Assembly (NCBI GenBank): GCA_965116925.1
Contig: OZ220744.1
Span: 1,664,001 to 1,728,000 of the forward strand
Reading direction: 5' to 3'
Length of the DNA stretch: 64,000 nucleotides
DNA from: Candidatus Poribacteria bacterium
GTDB taxonomy: Bacteria > Poribacteria > WGA-4E > PCPOR2b
Positions 9,921 through 19,012 of the stretch are shown here, one piece after another (positions within the stretch are counted from its first letter, which is position 1; the number at the start of each line of letters is the position of its first letter). The notes beneath the pieces were generated by a model. That model did no database searches. It worked only from the letters and a program-made list of their open reading frames with translations, and had not been told where the DNA came from. The translations under genes were made by a program, and so were the position numbers.

Positions 9921-10862
9921 TCAGAGGCTAAAGTCGGAGGGACGCATTCCCCTCTTGAAAGTTCCGAAACCGAAAAAAGTGGGGTTATACTCGCCCACAT
10001 AATCAACTTGACTGTTATCGGGGATCTGATTTTCCAACCCCATGCACCAGTAACAAGCGTTTACCAATAACCGCCGCAAGCCCGTGCTTTCCAAATCTAC
10101 CGAGGCACCCATCGTAGTGCAGAATACACGCGATGCTGCTCCCTGCTCACCTGTGTAGCTTTTAATCCATGCCAACGGCATTGTAGCGGTGTCAGGCTTG
10201 GGTGGATCCGATGGCTCCATCCCGACAAGCACGTGACCGTGGAGAAGCACTTGCGGATCGCCCGCTAATGTTGTGGTGCCATAAACATCGGTGGGGCCCC
10301 AGACATCTTCAACCCCTTTCAGAATAGGATGGTCTTTCATCTCTGCGTCAATGGCACCACGTGTGCTCTCTTTGCCGTGGTGGCCATGATGGTTAATCCA
10401 CGTTTCTCCCAAAACTTGGCGGCCGTATCCACCATCAAACTCCTCACTGTTGAAGCTGTATTTAGCATAGGGGCTTTGTAGATTCCTACTGTAGCTGAAA
10501 GCGTGCGTTGCTGTCCTCAATCCCATAACCGGCTTGCCCGAATTGGTATAATCAACAATGTATTTCATCTGATCATCGGGCAGTTCTCGGAAGCGGGTGA
10601 AAAGCACCATCATGTTCGCAGTTTCGAGATTTTGTAGGCCGGGGATATTAGTCTGCTCTTCCGGATTGATCTCCCCTGTTTCTGGATCGATTGCGAAAAG
10701 TACCGTGCATTTGAACCCGTGATGGACAGCCAAAATTTTTGCAAGTAGTGGGAGGGCTTCTTCAGAGCGATATTCCTCATCGCCGCTGACGAACACAATG
10801 TGTTTCCCCATGCCCGGTCCTTCGTTGCCTTCATATACGATCCAATGTTCAGAATTTCCCAT
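9921..10862 (-). CDS. ThuA-like (class I glutamine amidotransferase-like fold) protein
   Basis: GDEEYRSEE, GLRTATHAF, HPILKGV, RVFCTTMG, LLVNACYW motifs. Confidence 0.75.
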   Translation of the reverse strand: MGNSEHWIVYEGNEGPGMGKHIVFVSGDEEYRSEEALPLLAKILAVHHGFKCTVLFAIDPETGEINPEEQTNIPGLQNLETANMMVLFTRFRELPDDQMKYIVDYTNSGKPVMGLRTATHAFSYSRNLQSPYAKYSFNSEEFDGGYGRQVLGETWINHHGHHGKESTRGAIDAEMKDHPILKGVEDVWGPTDVYGTTTLAGDPQVLLHGHVLVGMEPSDPPKPDTATMPLAWIKSYTGEQGAASRVFCTTMGASVDLESTGLRRLLVNACYWCMGLENQIPDNSQVDYVGEYNPTFFGFGTFKRGMRPSDFSL

Positions 10863-10873
10863 ATTATTCTCCT

Positions 10874-11686
10874 CTATGGTGTTCGGTACAGCTTTGAACC
10901 TTTGTCCTCTCTACGGTAGTGAGGCGCAGAGATTACTGCCTTTTGGGTTTCGGTCAATTCATCATAAAACGGCGGTGGTGTGTAGTTCCCCATCAATGAC
11001 TCACCCATAACGCCAGAGTTATAGCGGATAATCACCGAACGGCGTTGGTGCTTGGCGACCCACGGCAACCCACCGTGCATCAGACATTCGACAAACAGGA
11101 TAGCATCGCCCGCCTTCGCCGGAATAGTTACAATTCGATCTTGGTATGTATGATAAAGCCGGATATCGTCTGGGCATGGATAGTTCGCCTTGTGGCTGCC
11201 GGGCAAACAGGCGAAACCGCCGTCTTCGGGCCCCACATCGGTCAGTTGAACGGCAAAGTTTGTCATGCCACAATACATGCGGCCATTACGATAGAGAAAC
11301 CCACGCGAACGATCAAAAGGTTCGGCACCTTCGTGGAACCAGAAGCCTTCCGCGCCCTCGTCCATCGTGATGATACCAAGCCCCTCCAGTCGGGGGCCGG
11401 CTCCCAGCAGCTCCTCCAGATAGGACATAAGTCTGGGGTGAGCAATCATCTGGCGGAACACATCGCAATGTGGCTTTTCCCACGTCAACATGCCCCCAAG
11501 GTCACCCCGTCCAGTCTTACCTCGCAGCGTTGTAGATCCGTTGGCAAGATCATTTGGACGGATACTAATCTCATCTGCGTGGTGATCGACAGCGGCATTC
11601 GCCGCGGCCACCTCTTCGGGTGATAAAGCACCTTCGATCACCAAATAACCGTGTACGTCAAATAGATATTTTTCTGCGTCTGTCAT
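10874..11686 (-). CDS. PhyH-like Fe(II)/2OG oxygenase with non-canonical HEG motif
   Basis: FDVHGYLVI, DGGFACLPGSHKAN, AGDAILFVECLMHG, RRSVIIRY; paralogous to 7186..7998. Confidence 0.82.
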   Translation of the reverse strand: MTDAEKYLFDVHGYLVIEGALSPEEVAAANAAVDHHADEISIRPNDLANGSTTLRGKTGRGDLGGMLTWEKPHCDVFRQMIAHPRLMSYLEELLGAGPRLEGLGIITMDEGAEGFWFHEGAEPFDRSRGFLYRNGRMYCGMTNFAVQLTDVGPEDGGFACLPGSHKANYPCPDDIRLYHTYQDRIVTIPAKAGDAILFVECLMHGGLPWVAKHQRRSVIIRYNSGVMGESLMGNYTPPPFYDELTETQKAVISAPHYRREDKGSKLYRTP

Positions 11687-11745
11687 TGTCTTTCTCCTCT
11701 CAATTTAAGTATGCCTGTACACTAATTATATCATTTCAAAACAAT

Positions 11746-11907
11746 TATGGTAGATGACAGAATTACTTAGACAGTTCCAATGGACATGTACAGATTGGGA
11801 AATCTGTACCCACAAACAATCCCCTAAATCCCCCCCGATTTCATTGGGATGTACCACTTGTCAGGGGGACTTTGGCGAATGTTCACTTATTTGTCTAATT
11901 CACCGTA
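11746..11907. mobile_element. MITE-like element (family A-related ends) with internal palindromes
   Basis: Ends TATGGTAGATGACAGAATTA / TTATTTGTCTAATTCACCGTA are imperfect inverted repeats like family A; contains GTACAGATT-GGGA-AATCTGTAC and the CCCCTAAATCCCCC...TTGTCAGGGGGACTT motif also seen at 17945. Confidence 0.55.
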
Positions 11908-11960
11908 AAAATCGATCAATCTTTTGCCTGTAGTATCCCTAAATCCTTCTACCAAGACAA

Positions 11961-13532
11961 CTATTCCACAAATTGAAACGCAAACAGTTTCGCATTCTTA
12001 AGATAAAACTTCAGCTTGATATACTCTCCTTGTAAGGGGCGAAGGTCTCCATTGAAGCACCAAGTGACCCGATTGGCAATACCCGTTTGCGTAAGTGAAT
12101 CTGCGTCCTCGAAAGAGAAACCTACAATAGGAAAGTGGTCGGGGTGCAAAATCTCCACCTTAACATCACAAGCAGCGGCGGCTGAAATCGACTTCATATT
12201 CACACTCAGCTGGTTCCCAGAAAAGCGAAAGGGTCGCGTTACCACTTCCCCGTAACCGTTAGAAGTGTCTTCGGTGCTGTCAAGCGAAACGAAGCCGTCT
12301 AACGGCGTCGTCGCCAATCCAAGTGCACCTGTTGGACCGGGCCCACCAACCTCAGCAAGTCGTCGCTCTCGGAAATTCATCCCGTTATAAAAAATGAAAA
12401 TCTGATCATTATGCACAATCGGTTGTTGTGCATAAATAGCCACCGAATCGTACTCAGGCTCAGGACTCAGTGGAATAAACGGTTCGCGGAATCGACGGTC
12501 ATAGTGAATCCCATCACGGCTGAACACAAACTGTGGCCAAATGAACAGACGCTCCTCCCGTAAGAAATTCCACAGCATTCCGATGTAGAACCCTTCGTAG
12601 GTCGTTGCCCACATACTATAGAATTGTAGTTCCGGTGGATCTTCAGCATCAGGGATAATAATTGTCTGCGGCGGAGTCCAGTGAATGAGGTCGGGGCTCT
12701 CTGCGCGTCCGATGACCCGCTTCCCCAGCGGCCCCCGTTTGTGCTGACAGTTTTCCATGTGGACAGTGTACTGCCCCCGAATCTCATCCCAACCCATGAA
12801 CGCCGTTGGTCCCCACAGATAGCTTTGCTCATGCTCCTCCACATCTACTACCTGCTTAACTCCTGAAGCGTCGAACTGAATCTTCTGTCCATAAACTCCC
12901 CGTGTCCTCACCTTGGGGAGCCCACTCTGTTGTATTACGGGGTTGCCCTCGTACGGTGTCCAATTGAATGCGTCGGGAGAGGTATAGAGATTCCAAAAGC
13001 ACTCCAGTGCGTTTTCCGTCCTACGCTTTGTCCGCTGCGATAGGACCTTATACCGTTTTGCCGGATCCTTTTCGTTGGGATCCGCAAAGATACCGCCCTT
13101 TGCTTCCACCCAATTCTCTGGCTTCAGTATATTATTTTCCCACGACCCATTAAATTTCACCAGTCCCAGCGACGGCTTTTCCCAATTATATCCATCTTGT
13201 GAGGTTGCATAACAGATGATCGGTTCAGTGCTATGTGGTTTCTCTTGTTCCAAAGGTGCTGCGGTCAACGCCGCGTCCGGTTGTGTAAATAACCGAACTG
13301 TTTTTGAAGGCGTTACAGTTGACGCCGTATACCACATCCGAAAGAGTTCTTGCGCTTCATCATAAAAAACGCAGCCGTAGTGCAGGTTGTTTCCTTCCCA
13401 CGGACGGTCTGGATAGATGACAGGATTGTTCTGTGCTTTGGTCGCAGGATTGAGAGTCCGCTTGACGCCGGTCATGCCTTCGATGAGATAATCATCAAGA
13501 AAAAGCTGTTTTTGAGAGCCAATTTCGATCAT
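11961..13532 (-). CDS. Putative beta-propeller glycoside hydrolase-like protein
   Basis: LFLDDYLIE, NNPVI.PDRPWE, repeated S.DG..W-type turns (SQDGYNW, SPDAFNW, SPDLIHW, SRDGIHY), DGFVSL then a beta-rich C-terminal domain. Confidence 0.65.
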   Translation of the reverse strand: MIEIGSQKQLFLDDYLIEGMTGVKRTLNPATKAQNNPVIYPDRPWEGNNLHYGCVFYDEAQELFRMWYTASTVTPSKTVRLFTQPDAALTAAPLEQEKPHSTEPIICYATSQDGYNWEKPSLGLVKFNGSWENNILKPENWVEAKGGIFADPNEKDPAKRYKVLSQRTKRRTENALECFWNLYTSPDAFNWTPYEGNPVIQQSGLPKVRTRGVYGQKIQFDASGVKQVVDVEEHEQSYLWGPTAFMGWDEIRGQYTVHMENCQHKRGPLGKRVIGRAESPDLIHWTPPQTIIIPDAEDPPELQFYSMWATTYEGFYIGMLWNFLREERLFIWPQFVFSRDGIHYDRRFREPFIPLSPEPEYDSVAIYAQQPIVHNDQIFIFYNGMNFRERRLAEVGGPGPTGALGLATTPLDGFVSLDSTEDTSNGYGEVVTRPFRFSGNQLSVNMKSISAAAACDVKVEILHPDHFPIVGFSFEDADSLTQTGIANRVTWCFNGDLRPLQGEYIKLKFYLKNAKLFAFQFVE

Positions 13533-13540
13533 TAGCTTGA

Positions 13541-14386
13541 CTAGCCCCCGTCCTCATAAGCAGTAACGCGAGCAGCACCTATCACCTTCCGAAAATCATC
13601 AATAGCCATACCTACTGCGCGGATCCATCGCCAATTACAGTCCGCAAGGGTCATGCTATAGGCATCTACGCGCTCCAGCTTCCCTTTTTCCCACGGTGTA
13701 TGGGGCCAAATTGTGTGTCCGTTCTTGGTGCAGACCTGTAAACGTCGATCATCAAGTCGAAGATGTAGGCATCGGTCATCAACCCATTGCGCTGCTAGTC
13801 GCGATTGAAACATAGCAGCACCAGTACCGTCATGGCACTCAAAAAGCCACGCTTCTACATCGCATCCATCAATCGGGATAACCTCCCACCGTCGGGTACC
13901 GTACAAGAACCGAGAATCGTAAACAGTCATTTCAAATCGCATCTGGGGTGGGCAGCGCAAACCGAGGTATTCGGCAAATGCACCCCCGTATCCGGGGACA
14001 CATCCTTCAAATGATTCGCCCCAAAGTTCAGATGTTACTGTAGATGTTTTCAACTGTAACCGATGCGTCAATACGTGATTGTGGAAATCGGACGTGAGGC
14101 GGCGGTAGTATTCGCGCAGGTTGCCATTTTCAGGGAACGCTGTCCGTGGGTAGAAAACGGCAGCATCGCCAAGGTTTTTCACAGCGGTCTCTCGTATATA
14201 TTCAGGACCGCCCAATTGGAGAAATAGGGTGTTTGTTGGTCGTTCAGTGAGGGATTGAAGCCACCGCTGCTTTACCTCTTCCTCTCTCTCAACAAAGAGA
14301 TAAAGGTTATCCCTACGGATCACATCGGGGTCGATATTCTCGTAGCAGCACGGATGGATTAAAAAGATTATGTGTTCAATCTTCAT
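13541..14386 (-). CDS. Hypothetical protein
   Basis: 281-aa ORF in operon context (8 bp to the next gene); no recognisable family. Confidence 0.7.
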   Translation of the reverse strand: MKIEHIIFLIHPCCYENIDPDVIRRDNLYLFVEREEEVKQRWLQSLTERPTNTLFLQLGGPEYIRETAVKNLGDAAVFYPRTAFPENGNLREYYRRLTSDFHNHVLTHRLQLKTSTVTSELWGESFEGCVPGYGGAFAEYLGLRCPPQMRFEMTVYDSRFLYGTRRWEVIPIDGCDVEAWLFECHDGTGAAMFQSRLAAQWVDDRCLHLRLDDRRLQVCTKNGHTIWPHTPWEKGKLERVDAYSMTLADCNWRWIRAVGMAIDDFRKVIGAARVTAYEDGG

Positions 14387-14430
14387 TTTCGCGGTTTTAT
14401 TGTCGGTGTTGTTTGATACTGAGAGGATTT

Positions 14431-15681
14431 TTATGGTCGGATCACCGTACCATCAGCGCGACGGGCATCGCCCCACAGCTTGGGACCTCCCACGTCTTTG
14501 GCAGGAAAACGCGCTGCTAACTCCTCGTTTATGTCTACCCCTATCCCAGGCTTGCCATTGGGCCACATATAGCCGTTGTGCAGTTCAGGTGTTCCGGGGA
14601 ACACTTCTTTTAGTGTTTCATGGGTGTTCAGGTAGACCGAAGCCTCCTGAATCCCGAAATTCCAAACATTCATATCTAGCATCAGGTTGGCTGCGTGCCC
14701 AACAGGAGAAACATCGGCGGATCCGTGCCAAGCGGTACGAACATTGAAGGCTTCGCACAACGCCGCTAACTTACGCGCCGGTGTCAAGCCACCTATAGTG
14801 GAAACATGCACTCGAATGAAATCGATCAGCCGGTCCTTAATCATTGGGACAATCTCTTGCGGGTTGCTATACAACTCTCCCATAGCGATCGGTACGCTGG
14901 TCTGTTGACGGACAAGGCGAAAATAGTCATTGTCTTCTGGTGCGAAGAGATCTTCAAGGAAAAATGGTCTGAATTGCTCTAGTTCTTTCGCCAAACCAAG
15001 TCCTTGGATAGGTGGCATACGCTCATGGAGATCGTACAAAATCTCTGGGGTTGGTCCAAAAGTTGTGCGGAAGTGCTCAAAAGCAGCCACAACATCCTGA
15101 GCATACGGCACTGGCTCAAAGATGCTTACCCTGTTGTCTGCAACTTTGTTAGTGATGACAACTGGTTCCTGATGTGGCTTATCCTGTGATGTTGAGGGAT
15201 GCATTGACCCCAACTTGAAGTGGCGGAATCCTCGTTCTTGGAGTTCGTGGATGTGTTCTTCGTATTCCACAAGGTCACGTCCGGTGGGGATGATGTATAC
15301 AGCCGCAGCTTCTCTAGACTTGCCCCCGAACAACTCATATACAGGCATCCCCGCCACCTTGCCTTTGATGTCCCACAGTGCTTGGTCAACGCCGCTTATC
15401 GCGTTGTTCAGAACAGGTCCATAGCGCCAATAGGCGGATACATTACAGGACTGCCATATATCCTCAATATCAGCGGGATCTTTGCCGATAAGAAAGGGGG
15501 TGAGATAGTCATCAACGGCTGCGGCTACAGCGGTTGGTCTTGAGAAGAATGAAGCGCAGCCCAAACCGTGTAGTTCTGGCTCATTGGTTTCCACCTTCAC
15601 AACGATAAGCGTGCGTGCGCCCGGGGGTTGCGTGATAATTGCTCGAACATCACGAATCTTCAAGTTGCTCATTCTGTGCAT
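14431..15681 (-). CDS. Enolase-superfamily acid-sugar dehydratase (RspA/ManD-like)
   Basis: YWRYGPVLNNAISGVDQALWDIKGK.AGMPVYELFGGKSR, DLHER, FFLED, IAMGEL, RTAWHG, NFGIQE. Confidence 0.88.
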   Translation of the reverse strand: MHRMSNLKIRDVRAIITQPPGARTLIVVKVETNEPELHGLGCASFFSRPTAVAAAVDDYLTPFLIGKDPADIEDIWQSCNVSAYWRYGPVLNNAISGVDQALWDIKGKVAGMPVYELFGGKSREAAAVYIIPTGRDLVEYEEHIHELQERGFRHFKLGSMHPSTSQDKPHQEPVVITNKVADNRVSIFEPVPYAQDVVAAFEHFRTTFGPTPEILYDLHERMPPIQGLGLAKELEQFRPFFLEDLFAPEDNDYFRLVRQQTSVPIAMGELYSNPQEIVPMIKDRLIDFIRVHVSTIGGLTPARKLAALCEAFNVRTAWHGSADVSPVGHAANLMLDMNVWNFGIQEASVYLNTHETLKEVFPGTPELHNGYMWPNGKPGIGVDINEELAARFPAKDVGGPKLWGDARRADGTVIRP

Positions 15682-15691
15682 CCTCTGTTAT

Positions 15692-15799
15692 TATAGTAGA
15701 TTTTAGAATTAATGAGACACTCCAAATCGGCGCAGTTATAAACAGCACCTACCAAACATGGGGGGCGAAAGTGTCTATTTATTTTTTGAATTCACTGTA
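15692..15799 (+). mobile_element. Family A MITE-like repeat, copy 1
   Basis: TATAGTAGATTTTAGAATTAAT ... ATTTTTTGAATTCACTGTA; homologous copies at 16762, 17691, 22234, 51837, 57515, 63423. Confidence 0.8.
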
Positions 15800-15845
15800 A
15801 AATATATCCAACTTTGCAGGGAACAACGATCGTTGTTCTTCATTA

Positions 15846-16739
15846 CTATACACAACCGGGAAACTCACTTCCACGAATAAGGGGCCAACCGTTGACAGGC
15901 TCTGGTCCCACAAGGCAGCCCAACTCCTTGATATGCTCGGTCTCCTCCGGCGTGCCGATATAGCGCGTTTCCGCTGAAACATAGTGGATTGACCAACCCC
16001 GTCTGCGGTGGGGTGTCGTATTGGGACCGCTGCAATGCAATGCCAAACTGTGATGGAAGGTAGCGTCACCCGCTTGGAGCGGCACTGCGACCTCTTGTGC
16101 AAGCACATCTTCCGTCAACATGTAGGGGAGATGATCCCAGTTGACCAGCCCAAAGTTGTGGCTGCCCGGAATAAAGCGAACGCAGCCATTTTCCAGAGTA
16201 GCATCGTCCAGCAGAAGCTGACAGGTAATCTGGAAGTTGCTCGCAAAAAAACTCCAGAATACAGAATCCTGATGGTAGCGGTTGGCTCGTGCATAGGGTG
16301 GCTTGGCAAATACTTGATCGTAATAGAGTTTAATATTGGGCCCCATTAGGGCGGCGACAATATCGACAATCTTCGGCGATCGAACAAGGGCATCAAAAAC
16401 AGAGTCATAACGAGAAGGGACGTTTACCTTGTTTATAGCGTCAAGCGGATCCTTGACCGGAGTCCTGCGTTGCGATTCGTAATCGTCCTCGCCTTTTGGA
16501 AAAACTTGTGTTCCGCGCCGATTATGCCGGTTGCCGTGTGGTGCAGGAAATTCTAACGTCTGTACCTGTTCCGGGTTGTGCCGGGAGATGTGCCGTTCAG
16601 GAAAATCAGGTGCCCCTCCCAATACGAGGCGGCCATAGTGTTCCCGTAACGTCTCAATTTCGTCAGGGGAGATCAGATTCTTGATAACGATATAACCATC
16701 TCGGAAGAACAAACTTTTCTGTTTTTCGCTCAGTCCCAT
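15846..16739 (-). CDS. Phytanoyl-CoA dioxygenase (PhyH) family protein
   Basis: FAKPP, HQD, LDDATLENGCVRFIPGSH, FHHSLALHCSGPN.T..RRR. Confidence 0.9.
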   Translation of the reverse strand: MGLSEKQKSLFFRDGYIVIKNLISPDEIETLREHYGRLVLGGAPDFPERHISRHNPEQVQTLEFPAPHGNRHNRRGTQVFPKGEDDYESQRRTPVKDPLDAINKVNVPSRYDSVFDALVRSPKIVDIVAALMGPNIKLYYDQVFAKPPYARANRYHQDSVFWSFFASNFQITCQLLLDDATLENGCVRFIPGSHNFGLVNWDHLPYMLTEDVLAQEVAVPLQAGDATFHHSLALHCSGPNTTPHRRRGWSIHYVSAETRYIGTPEETEHIKELGCLVGPEPVNGWPLIRGSEFPGCV

Positions 16740-16761
16740 GTCTATTCCTTCCCTTAAAGAT

Positions 16762-16887
16762 TATGGTGGATTCTAAAAATAAATGAACACTTTCGCACCC
16801 GGTAGGTGCCGTGGTGGGTTGAAACGGCGCAGTTGGAAACAGCGCCTACCAATTTGGAGTGTCTCATTAATTCTAAAATCTACTATA
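16762..16887 (-). mobile_element. Family A MITE-like repeat, inverted copy
   Basis: Ends in GTCTCATTAATTCTAAAATCTACTATA, the reverse complement of the family A left end. Confidence 0.78.
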
Positions 16888-16900
16888 GTAGCGTATCCGG

Positions 16901-17668
16901 TTAACCGGCATCACAAAGTTGAGCCGCTGCGCGTAACCCTTCAATTGGATCGCCCTTCGGGATAAACTCGTGTCCCACATAGAGGTCATAGCCCGTCTCT
17001 GCAATGGCTCGCATGATGGGTGGATAGTTGATCTCTTGCTCTTCATCCAAGTTGTGGCGACCGGGGTTGCCTGCTGTGTGAAAGTGTCCGATATACTCGA
17101 TATTGTCTTGGAGTGTGCGGATAATATCGCCCTCCATAATCTGCATGTGGTAGATGTCGTAGAGCAACTTGGCCCGCGGTGAGTTGACGCGCTTGCACAC
17201 CTCTACCCCCCACGCGGTGCTATCGCACTGATAATCAGGATGATTCACTTTGCTGTTGAGCAGTTCCAAACAGAGGTTGACCCCTTTCTCCTCAGCAGCC
17301 TTTGTAACACGGCTGATTCCCTCTGCAACAATATCAATACCTTCTTCATCGGATAAACCTTCATAGCGGTTGCCTGAGAAGGTAATGAGTCCGGGTATGT
17401 CATTTGCGGCGGCAAGTTCGATGTTTGCGAGGAGTTCATCCTCGATTCGATCGTGGTTTTCGCGCTTGTTGAGTCCATCGGTCAGTGAGTTATGTCCGAC
17501 GAAGGTGGCGATATCAAGACCTAACTCTTTCACAAGGGGCCAATACTGCTCATCGACTAACTCAACCGCTGCCAAGCCAACTTCGGCTGCGCCTCGAATA
17601 AATCCTTCAGGGGTCAAATCACCTTGAATGAAACTCCATCCTGTTGCGGATTGCTTAATTCGTGCCAT
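16901..17668 (-). CDS. Hydroxypyruvate isomerase-like TIM-barrel protein
   Basis: LELLNSKVNHPDY, LLYDIYHMQIMEGD, HFHTAGNPGRH, VGHEF motifs. Confidence 0.88.
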   Translation of the reverse strand: MARIKQSATGWSFIQGDLTPEGFIRGAAEVGLAAVELVDEQYWPLVKELGLDIATFVGHNSLTDGLNKRENHDRIEDELLANIELAAANDIPGLITFSGNRYEGLSDEEGIDIVAEGISRVTKAAEEKGVNLCLELLNSKVNHPDYQCDSTAWGVEVCKRVNSPRAKLLYDIYHMQIMEGDIIRTLQDNIEYIGHFHTAGNPGRHNLDEEQEINYPPIMRAIAETGYDLYVGHEFIPKGDPIEGLRAAAQLCDAG

Positions 17669-17690
17669 ATTATTCTCCTCAATTCCTATT

Positions 17691-17996
17691 TATAGTAGAT
17701 TTTAGAATTAATGGGACACGCCAAACCGGTGCAGTTACAAACCGCACCTACCGGGCGGCGCAAGTGTTTCTTGATTTTTTGTAGGAGTTACGCACTTCAG
17801 TAGGGAACGCAGATCTGCGTTCCCTACGGACTCCTTATGGAGCCTCTGCTGTAGTTGCCCGATTCATCGGGCGTTGGGACGGGTGTGCAGCGGCGATAAA
17901 TCGCCGAACTACAGGTATCTGAGTGTTCAACTGCGTAAGTCCTACCCCTAAATCCCCCTTGTCAGGGGGACTTATGAACGCGCTGCGTAAGTCCTG
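17691..17996. mobile_element. Composite repeat: truncated family A (17691-17781), family B MITE (17782-17944), family C palindrome and a second B-type end
   Basis: Family A left part is cut by TAGGAGTTACGCA...TGCGTAAGTCCTA; then CCCCTAAATCCCCCTTGTCAGGGGGACTT and another CTGCGTAAGTCCT. Confidence 0.75.
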
Positions 17997-18030
17997 TTAT
18001 TAGAAATGTGACAATTCTAAAAGTTCAAGA

Positions 18031-18882
18031 TTATTTAAGATAGGGTTGGACGACTTCTCGCTCGATATTCAATCCCTGCCATTCATCGTCGCCGGGACCG
18101 TCGTAGATAAGCGTATGCGGTCCAGAGAAACCAGCATCTCTCGTCAGATCTAGACAGCGAATGTAATCATCTTTGTCCATTTCACCGGGTGCCGGAAAGT
18201 GGGCTTTGGTGTGGCAAGAGTCCGCCCGTGGCGCGATTGCCTCAAGATCCGTATACTTGGTTGCCCCCGACCAATTGCCAAAATCGAGGCAGAACCCAAC
18301 CTCTCCGTCTAAACGGTCGAGCAGCGTCAATACGTTTTCTGGGGTTGAGAGGATGGAGAACCAATTTTCTGTCATCAATCGGACGCCATTTGATTCGGCA
18401 CGCTCTGCCAATTGTTGTAGGCCATTTCGGCTCATCTCTAGTGCTTGCGTGGAGGGAGCCGCTTTTCCAGCAATTACGCGAGCACAAGTGGCACCTAGCA
18501 GCCCCGCGATCTCAATCCACTCATTGATCCAACCGAGATCCCGATCTGCATATTCGGGGTGAGTAATATCACCGTGATCAATCAATAGGGAGAACAGTTC
18601 GACATTTGCCCCCTCCAATGCCCCTCGGAGTTCATTCAGATACCCCTTGTCCAGACTCGGTATATGGAAGTGGCAGAGTTCTAAAGTGTTGATCCCGAAT
18701 TCCGCGGCGCGGGTGGGTACTTCCAGAAGCGAGATCTCACCCCTGCCGTGCGTGGCAACAGGGATTTGCTTTCCCTCCTCAGGTCCATAAAAATCGGGAC
18801 AACCGAGTTGACGGTGCAGGCTCCACGTCGAGACGGATAGTCGAGGTCCCTGATTGGTCGCGTTAGTGTTTGTTATGGTCAT
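18031..18882 (-). CDS. Sugar phosphate isomerase/epimerase TIM-barrel protein
   Basis: SVSTWSLH, LMTENW, LDFGNW, HTK metal-ligand pattern; start moved out of the upstream repeat. Confidence 0.8.
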   Translation of the reverse strand: MTITNTNATNQGPRLSVSTWSLHRQLGCPDFYGPEEGKQIPVATHGRGEISLLEVPTRAAEFGINTLELCHFHIPSLDKGYLNELRGALEGANVELFSLLIDHGDITHPEYADRDLGWINEWIEIAGLLGATCARVIAGKAAPSTQALEMSRNGLQQLAERAESNGVRLMTENWFSILSTPENVLTLLDRLDGEVGFCLDFGNWSGATKYTDLEAIAPRADSCHTKAHFPAPGEMDKDDYIRCLDLTRDAGFSGPHTLIYDGPGDDEWQGLNIEREVVQPYLK

Positions 18883-18908
18883 TTGATCTCTCCTAGAGAA
18901 AATTATTC

Positions 18909-19010
18909 GGCTCATGTCAAGAAAAGGTGCAACAGAAACCGAGTTTTTGGCACGGGTGGGCGGGGCAAGATGCCCCGCCTATGGTTTCGCACTTTCTTTT
19001 TATAGGAGCG
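18909..19010. mobile_element. Family E MITE-like repeat
   Basis: GGCTCATGTCAAGAAAAGGTGCAA ... CGCACTTTCTTTTTATAGGAGCG; related copies at 44923 and 61274. Confidence 0.65.
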
Positions 19011-19012
19011 AA

